Shown one piece after another: positions 39,622 to 45,749 of a DNA stretch of 45,749 nucleotides. The stretch comes from an uncultured Bacteroidota bacterium (GTDB taxonomy: Bacteria > Bacteroidota > Bacteroidia > 2-12-FULL-35-15): the NCBI GenBank assembly GCA_903870175.1, contig CAIQBY010000260.1, positions 1-45,749 on the forward strand, written 5' to 3'. Below the pieces are notes generated by a model. The model made no database searches and was not told where the DNA came from. It saw only the letters and a list, made by a program, of their open reading frames with translations. Numbering within the stretch: position 1 is the first letter of the stretch; each line of letters begins with the position of its first letter. Both the position numbers and the translations under genes were made by a program.

Positions 39622-40290
39622 TTAAAATTTATATCCAATATTTATTGCAAACCTGCCGTCTAAATTCCATGATGGGATAAAATCTCCATTGTTAATATAA
39701 GTGCTGTTGGATTTTGTTGTTAAGATTTTCAACTCTCTCTCTCCGCCTAAACCAATTAGGAAATCAAGTACAAACCTATTTTTTATACAATATTGAAAGC
39801 CTGTAATAGCACCTAAAGAGAATGAATAAAAATAATAATAATCAGTATTTGTTGGATAGAAAACACCATCATGCCAAACATTCCCTTTCGCTGCTTCATA
39901 CATAAAAGTAATATAAGATCCTACATATGGGCCTGAACAAACTTTCCTTTTCAAAATAAAAAATTTGTATTCAGGAATAATAAGTGTTCTTTTACTTTCG
40001 AGAGAAGCACTAGAAAAGTAAATATTCGGTTCTTCATATTTATAATATAGATAAATACCAGTTAATTGAATACTCTGCCTTTTTCCAATTGTTTTTTCTA
40101 TGGTTAAAGATGCTTGTTTTTCAGTATATTTTGATGTCAAAGCAAGTACAGGCAATAGTATATCCGTTTTCACAATCAACCCAATTGGTTTTCTTTTGAT
40201 GGAATCCTGTCCTTCCATTTTTCCAAAGAAACAAAAACAAAACAATACAATAAACAAATGCCTTTTCATTCCTTCAATTTTAAATTCCAA
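39622..40290 (-). CDS. Outer-membrane beta-barrel protein (DUF3575-like), paralog of 25129..25797; likely start is MKRHLF
   Basis: Shares IIPEYKFFILKRKVCSGPYVG and LDGR..N.GYKF; -7 element TAACTTTG at 40292-40299. Confidence 0.78.
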   Translation of the reverse strand: MEFKIEGMKRHLFIVLFCFCFFGKMEGQDSIKRKPIGLIVKTDILLPVLALTSKYTEKQASLTIEKTIGKRQSIQLTGIYLYYKYEEPNIYFSSASLESKRTLIIPEYKFFILKRKVCSGPYVGSYITFMYEAAKGNVWHDGVFYPTNTDYYYFYSFSLGAITGFQYCIKNRFVLDFLIGLGGERELKILTTKSNSTYINNGDFIPSWNLDGRFAINIGYKF

Positions 40291-40328
40291 ACAAAGTTAA
40301 TATTTAATCCATCTATTCTTCCAAAAAC

Positions 40329-40364
40329 AAAGAATCCCGTTCTTTTTCAATAACGGGATTCTTT
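40329..40364 (-). terminator. Intrinsic terminator downstream of the 312-aa gene and its array
   Basis: aaagaatcccgtt / aacgggattcttt stem with a T-rich tail on the minus strand. Confidence 0.8.
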
Positions 40365-40490
40365 AAGGTAATGTCGAAGATTTTTGTGGTAAAAACTTAA
40401 ATTTCTGTGGTAATCTTCAAAAATTCCGTGGTAAAAACTTCATTTTTTGTGGTAGAATTTTAAAATTCTTTGGTAAAAACATAGTTTTTC
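40365..40490. repeat. Six 21-bp-period units with GTGGTA core
   Basis: Cores at 40365 (aaggta), 40386, 40407, 40428, 40449 and 40470 (ttggta). Confidence 0.88.
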
Positions 40491-40501
40491 TTCATCAAAA
40501 C

Positions 40502-41440
40502 TTAGTTATTCATATAACTCATTTGGCAAGTTACTGTTAAACTTGGGTTATTAATTGTCATTGTCGTATAACCTTTTTCAACTTGCCAGTGGTCGCCTGC
40601 AACAATAACGATAGGTGTTCCGGTTCCTTTTGCACCTTTGGTAATTGTAAGCGGCACGGTTCCTGTATTTTGAATAATGCTTCCGGCAACTACAGAATAT
40701 AATATTTTGGTGCCGCCCATTTTAAATTTGGCAATAGTTAATTTAGCACCTTTTGGAGTACTGTCAATCACAAATCCCCAATCGCCACCACTTTTTGGTG
40801 TAAGCGGAAACTGTGAAACAATAAATCCGCCTGTGCCACGCAAATCTTCAAATACAGGTGCTATTGCTGCATCGCGTTTTTCGCAAAGCGATTTACTCTG
40901 TTTTTCGGCAGCCAAAAAGTCAGTATTGTTTTGCTTAATATCAGTCAATGCATCAAGGTTAGCTGCCAAATCAATTTTGTTTTGAGATAAAAAAGTAGCG
41001 GTAATAGCCCTTGTGCCTGCCGGTAACGAATTATTGTAATTAATCAATTCAGCAATTGCTGCGCAAATTTCAGCTCTGTCGGTAGGGTACACAATTTTAT
41101 TGCCTTCCACCTTTATGCCATAGTCGCCAAGCGTTTTCACTGTTTTGGCATAAAACTTTTTAAGCATCTGCACCATTAATTTATGATCTTTAAATACAGG
41201 ATTTAACCCTACTTCGCACAGTTCGAGCAGCTTTTTAGAGTTTTTGGTAGATGCATCAAACTGAGTGTTTAATTTAACTGCCTCAATTACTGCTGTTGCA
41301 TTTATACCCATATCAATCTTTTGCTGAGCGAAGTAAGGAATAAGGATGCTGCCGGCGCCGTCTTTCGTGTTTTTGTCATTCGTGTTTGTGAACAAAGTTA
41401 CTTTGCCCTCAAATGTAATCGGTAATACAATTCTTGCCAT
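40502..41440 (-). CDS. Cytoplasmic hypothetical protein: two tandem ~112-aa helical repeats plus a beta-rich C-terminal domain
   Basis: Internal matches RIVLP/KIVYP, QQKIDM/QNKIDL, SKKLLE/SKSLCE, PVFKD/PVFED, LGDYGI/GGDWGF; no signal peptide. Confidence 0.82.
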   Translation of the reverse strand: MARIVLPITFEGKVTLFTNTNDKNTKDGAGSILIPYFAQQKIDMGINATAVIEAVKLNTQFDASTKNSKKLLELCEVGLNPVFKDHKLMVQMLKKFYAKTVKTLGDYGIKVEGNKIVYPTDRAEICAAIAELINYNNSLPAGTRAITATFLSQNKIDLAANLDALTDIKQNNTDFLAAEKQSKSLCEKRDAAIAPVFEDLRGTGGFIVSQFPLTPKSGGDWGFVIDSTPKGAKLTIAKFKMGGTKILYSVVAGSIIQNTGTVPLTITKGAKGTGTPIVIVAGDHWQVEKGYTTMTINNPSLTVTCQMSYMNN

Positions 41441-41502
41441 GATTTTTTTGATTTAGTGTTTAATTATTAGAATTTAAAATTTATTTTATTAAAGTTTGGG
41501 CA

Positions 41503-41604
41503 ATAAAAAAGCCACCTAACCTTCGGGTACAGGCGGCTTACAGCTACTTATGTTTTCTTTTGATTACTCCATTCAACTATTTAGTACGCCGAAATTACTA
41601 AATA
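41503..41604 (-). promoter_or_regulatory. Leader with terminator-like hairpin and an inverted repeat overlapping a candidate -7 element
   Basis: Minus strand aagccgcct-gtacccgaaggtt-aggtggctt plus T run; tatttagta-N9-tactaaata (41578-41604) around TAATTTCG (41590-41597). Confidence 0.55.
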
Positions 41605-41660
41605 ATGGCCGCATTTACTAATTTATAAAATATTAGAATTTAAAAACTGATATTTGCCCG

Positions 41661-42716
41661 ATGAATTCTTTTTCCGATAAAATAATAAGTTGGTACAAAA
41701 TCAATAAGCGCGATTTGCCGTGGCGAAATACCAAAGACGCCTACCTTATCTGGCTTTCCGAAATCATCATGCAGCAAACCCGTGTGGAACAGGGGATGAA
41801 TTATTATATAAGTTTCGCAACCAGTTACCCAACCGTAAAACATCTTGCAAAAGCCGATAACGATGATATAATGAAGCTTTGGCAAGGTCTCGGATATTAT
41901 TCCAGAGCCAGAAACCTGCATGCCACAGCACGTATAATTGCTGATAAATACAAAGGAAAATTTCCGGATGATTACACACAAATCCTTTCTTTAAAGGGCA
42001 TCGGCGAATATACAGCAGCCGCAATAGCATCTTTTGCATTTGATAAGCCACACGCAGTAGTTGATGGCAACGTGTTTCGGGTACTCGCCCGTGTATTCGG
42101 AATCGAAACTCCGATTGATACGTCGCAAGGCAAAAAAGAATTTTATGCTCTCGCCAATCAGCTGTTAAATCCAAAACATGCAGCCATGCACAATCAAGCT
42201 ATCATGGAGTTTGGAGCCATTCAATGCAAACCCGTCTCGCCCGATTGTTCCGTTTGCCCTTTAAATACAATGTGTTTCGCTTTCGCGAACAGGCGTGTTG
42301 CTCAATTACCGATAAAGGCAAAAACAACAAAAGTGCGAAACCGTTATTTTAATTATATCGTACTTCATCATTCAGGAACCACTGCCATCAACAAACGCAA
42401 AGCAAAAGACATCTGGACAAATCTCTATGATTTCCCGTTAATAGAAACCGAAAAAGAACTATCCGAACAGGAATTTTTAGCTTCGCCGCAATGGAAAAAA
42501 TTTATCGGCAAACATAAATATTCAATAACATCCATTTCCGGAATTTACAAACACATTTTAAGTCATCAGAAAATTTATGCACGATTTTTGGAGGTGAATT
42601 GCAATGTTTCTCTGGAAAAAATAATTCCTTCGTCAGCAATAATTATAAAAGAAACCGAAATTGAAAAATATGCCGTGCCAAGGTTGATTGAAAATTATCT
42701 GACGAAAAAGAATTAA
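41661..42716 (+). CDS. mutY: A/G-specific adenine glycosylase MutY
   Basis: RDLPWR, SEIIMQQTRV, WQGLGYYSRARNLH, HhH LKGIGEYTA, VDGNV, C-x6-C-x2-C-x5-C cluster. Confidence 0.97.
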   Translation: MNSFSDKIISWYKINKRDLPWRNTKDAYLIWLSEIIMQQTRVEQGMNYYISFATSYPTVKHLAKADNDDIMKLWQGLGYYSRARNLHATARIIADKYKGKFPDDYTQILSLKGIGEYTAAAIASFAFDKPHAVVDGNVFRVLARVFGIETPIDTSQGKKEFYALANQLLNPKHAAMHNQAIMEFGAIQCKPVSPDCSVCPLNTMCFAFANRRVAQLPIKAKTTKVRNRYFNYIVLHHSGTTAINKRKAKDIWTNLYDFPLIETEKELSEQEFLASPQWKKFIGKHKYSITSISGIYKHILSHQKIYARFLEVNCNVSLEKIIPSSAIIIKETEIEKYAVPRLIENYLTKKN

Positions 42717-42788
42717 CATAGAAATTAAAAAAGTAGTACCTTATATTGGATAATTATCGTTTAATTTGCATTAACATAAATATCGAAA

Positions 42789-43340
42789 ATGAATAAAGCA
42801 GATTTTTTCACTCAGTTTATCAAACGAGGTATTCGTGTTGGCGCGGTAGCACCAAGTTCCAAACATCTGGTAAAAAAAATGATTGACCCAATCGATTTCA
42901 GTCAGGTAAAATGTATTGTCGAATTTGGTCCCGGTACCGGAAATATTACTTTCGAATTGCTCAATAAAATGCCTCAGGATGCAATATTGATTGTTTTTGA
43001 AATCAACAAAGAGTTCTGCGAACAACTAAGAAAAATAAACGACCCAAGAATAAAAATAATAAGCGATAGTGCCGAAAACCTTGACACGTACCTTCTGAAA
43101 AATAATATCACCAAAGTAGATTATATAGTTTCTTCGCTTCCGTTCACGCTAATTCCAAATTTAATAGTGCGCAAAATTTTGAAGATTGTAAGACGATCTT
43201 TAAAACCAAAAGGAGCATTTATTCAATATCAATATTCCCTGAATTCGTATGGCAGACTTCGGAAAACATTCAAGAACGTCGATTTGAATTTTACGCCTAT
43301 TAATCTTCCTCCGGCATTTATTTTTACCTGTACCAATTAG
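42789..43340 (+). CDS. Class I SAM-dependent methyltransferase (phospholipid N-methyltransferase-like)
   Basis: GAVAPSS, VEFGPGTG, SSLPF, QYQYS, NLPPA. Confidence 0.88.
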   Translation: MNKADFFTQFIKRGIRVGAVAPSSKHLVKKMIDPIDFSQVKCIVEFGPGTGNITFELLNKMPQDAILIVFEINKEFCEQLRKINDPRIKIISDSAENLDTYLLKNNITKVDYIVSSLPFTLIPNLIVRKILKIVRRSLKPKGAFIQYQYSLNSYGRLRKTFKNVDLNFTPINLPPAFIFTCTN

Positions 43341-43376
43341 TACTTTTTTATTTATTGAACAGAAAATAGTTTAAAA

Positions 43377-44219
43377 ATGAAAAAACAATTCCTTCTTTTT
43401 ACACTTGTTTTAATCACAGCAAATATTTTTGCACAGTTGCCCAATACGGATATTTGGTTATTGGATATGAAATTAACTAATGACACCATACTTCTGAATA
43501 ACCCTGTAAATATTACTCATCGCGAAGGGTATGATAATCAACCCGCATTTTCTCCTGATGGAAAATATCTTTTATATTCTTCTATCAGAGAAGATAAAAA
43601 GGCGCATATTTATAAATACAAACTGAGAAGCAGAAGAACAAAACAATTTACACATACCGCCACAAGTGAGTATTCGCCCACCTTTATGCCCGATGGAAAA
43701 AATATTTCAGTAGTAATGGTTGAGAAAGACAGCGTGCAGCGTTTATGGAAATTCCCATTGAAAGGCGGGCATCCATCTGTAATTATGAAAGATATTGATT
43801 CAATTGGTTATTACTGCTGGATAACAAAAGACAGTTTGGCTATGGTAAAGACTTCCAATCCGCCGGTGCTGGAACTTATAAATGTAAATACAGAAAAACA
43901 TAAAGTGTTTGCGCATAATGTTGGAAGGTGCATGGCTGTGGAACAAATACGGCTTTATCATGTTCAAAAACCAATGGAAAACTTTTGTTATTTATACTGG
44001 AACGGAGATTATCTTTTGCAAATACCAAGTGAAGATTTTGCTTATTACAGAGCAACTCTGCCTGTGGTTTTTACAGGTGTTAAATCTAAAATAATAGTAA
44101 CTGTTCTTCCCACAAAAAGAAATGCAACTCTTCTTGATTTATCTTCTTACGGAATAAAAAATATTACCAGAATAGCTGTAAATAAAGCAGGAACTAAAAT
44201 GGCAATTGTTACTGAATAA
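43377..44219 (+). CDS. TolB-like / PD40 beta-propeller exported protein
   Basis: Signal peptide; YDNQPAFSPDG, SEYSPTFMPDG. Confidence 0.82.
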   Translation: MKKQFLLFTLVLITANIFAQLPNTDIWLLDMKLTNDTILLNNPVNITHREGYDNQPAFSPDGKYLLYSSIREDKKAHIYKYKLRSRRTKQFTHTATSEYSPTFMPDGKNISVVMVEKDSVQRLWKFPLKGGHPSVIMKDIDSIGYYCWITKDSLAMVKTSNPPVLELINVNTEKHKVFAHNVGRCMAVEQIRLYHVQKPMENFCYLYWNGDYLLQIPSEDFAYYRATLPVVFTGVKSKIIVTVLPTKRNATLLDLSSYGIKNITRIAVNKAGTKMAIVTE

Positions 44220-44236
44220 TTAAATTCTCCGTTTAT

Positions 44237-45748
44237 TTATTTATCAAATTGAATTATCCCCTGTTTTTCAAGTTCGGTTAAATATATTCGTTTGCCTTGA
44301 TAAGTAGCTGTTACAAACGCATCAGGGAATCCACTTTCTCTTACTTTCTTCTTTAAATCAATTGCTTCATTTAAAGTTTTAAACGAACCAATTGTTATAC
44401 GGGTAAGTCCGTCATCCATCAAATTTTTATCGATTTTTCCTAACCCTTTTAATTTTCCGGAATTAAAATTTTCCGGAGATTTTAAAGCACCAAGCTGAAT
44501 TTTATATACAAGTCCTTCTTTCGAAACATCACCAAACTTACTTGCAACTTTAGTTTCAATAATAGAAACTTTATCAATTTTTGCCGGTGCAGTCGCAGGT
44601 TCATCATCCGGTGATATTTTTTCAATAGGTATTTTAGAATCTGATTTTATTGCGAAATTTTTACCCACATAATTAGTTTTAGTAGAAGCGGAAGTTTTAC
44701 TGTTTTCAGCCTTTGCAGATTCTCCAACTGCTTTCTTATCTTTTTTATCCGTATGATTATTTTCTGCAGATGCAGATGATTGAATATTGGCAACCGTATC
44801 TACTTTCGTAATAAATTTAATATCCAAAACATTTTCAGTAAATGTTCTTAACGAACTTGCATCTATAGTTTTTTCAATGTCCGGAAATCCTTTCAGTTTA
44901 AAAGTGAATTTATAATTATTCCCCGGCAATATATTTACAAGATATTTTCCTGTAGAAGAATTGGAATGAAAACTCCCATAATTTTTATTTGAACTAATAA
45001 TATCTACCAGTACCTGCGCTTGTTTCGGTTTGTCATCAAGTGTTACATTTCCTTTTACAGTTTCAACAACTGGCTTAGGAAAGTTAGCCGGCATCTCAAC
45101 GGTATAAATATCCTGTTGCCCGTAACCACCTGATTTTGCTGAAGAATAATATCCATGTGTGCCGCTCGCATTAAGTACAAAATATCTGTCATCATCTGTT
45201 GTATTAATAGGATATCCTATGTTTTCAGGCTTCGACCACGATGAATCGGCTTTATTAAATCGCGTTACAAAAATATCATTGTACCCCATACTTTTTAATC
45301 CTTGAGTACTATAAAATAAAGTTTTCCCATCCGGATGAATAAACGGTGCATCATCATCATAAATTGAATTTATTTCGATGCCCATATTTCGTACGTTTCC
45401 CCAGGAACCGTCGGGTAATAATGAAGCCTGATATAAATCTCTGCCACCAAAACCGCCCGGTCTGTCACTTGCAAAAAACAATGTTTTTTCATCTGCAGAT
45501 ATAGTAACGCTTCCTTCCCAATAAGGAGAATTTACATCTCCTTTTAATTTTTCAGGTACCGACCATACATTACCTTCCAGTATGCTCATATAAATATCGC
45601 CGCCATCTGTCCCATCATCTTTATAAATAAATAATTTTTGTTCGTCATTAGAAATAGCCAATGGCGCATCATTTGAATTAGTATTAATATTCTCTCCGAT
45701 ACTTTTAGGCTTGCCCCATTTACCGTTTTCCTTATGTGTAACAAACAC
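44237..45748 (-). CDS. PD40-repeat protein with C-terminal SPOR-like domain, 5' truncated by the window edge
   Basis: FASDRPGGFGGRDLY, APFIHPDG, NIGYPINT; YKIQLGA..GFPDAFV. Confidence 0.85.
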   Translation of the reverse strand: MFVTHKENGKWGKPKSIGENINTNSNDAPLAISNDEQKLFIYKDDGTDGGDIYMSILEGNVWSVPEKLKGDVNSPYWEGSVTISADEKTLFFASDRPGGFGGRDLYQASLLPDGSWGNVRNMGIEINSIYDDDAPFIHPDGKTLFYSTQGLKSMGYNDIFVTRFNKADSSWSKPENIGYPINTTDDDRYFVLNASGTHGYYSSAKSGGYGQQDIYTVEMPANFPKPVVETVKGNVTLDDKPKQAQVLVDIISSNKNYGSFHSNSSTGKYLVNILPGNNYKFTFKLKGFPDIEKTIDASSLRTFTENVLDIKFITKVDTVANIQSSASAENNHTDKKDKKAVGESAKAENSKTSASTKTNYVGKNFAIKSDSKIPIEKISPDDEPATAPAKIDKVSIIETKVASKFGDVSKEGLVYKIQLGALKSPENFNSGKLKGLGKIDKNLMDDGLTRITIGSFKTLNEAIDLKKKVRESGFPDAFVTATYQGKRIYLTELEKQGIIQFDK

Positions 45749-45749
45749 A

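Noticed and set aside
1500-44094. Numerous short antisense or overlapping ORFs in the track
   Set aside because: They are shadows of well-supported genes and have no motifs of their own.

Overview
AT-rich chromosomal segment of a Bacteroidota bacterium (T9SS C-terminal sorting domains, TAnnTTTG -7 promoters, DUF4175, DUF1573 pair, bS22, valS, rng/hup/mutY). It is mostly housekeeping and envelope genes; I found no rRNA, tRNA, CRISPR array, integrase or transposase. The most unusual signal is three non-coding arrays with different sequences but the same 21-bp period (about 11268-11625, 23643-23831, 40365-40490). Two sit next to cytoplasmic hypothetical proteins with a predicted helical domain plus a C-terminal beta-sandwich. 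The central locus reads on the minus strand as LuxR-type HTH gene, palindrome TAGGGAAGTCCCTA, -7 promoter, nine 21-bp units carrying the same GGGA-nn-TCCC core, a 239-aa gene and a terminator, so it is a candidate undescribed regulatory cassette. Other items: 7-bp repeats and a REP-like hairpin inserted in frame in valS and DUF4175, a nested palindromic MITE/REP element, a frameshifted TonB-dependent receptor, a T12 tract that puts a better ATG signal peptide out of frame in a WG-repeat gene, an orphan T9SS CTD remnant and an unannotated bS22 gene. All family assignments come from motif recognition by eye; no database searches were run.
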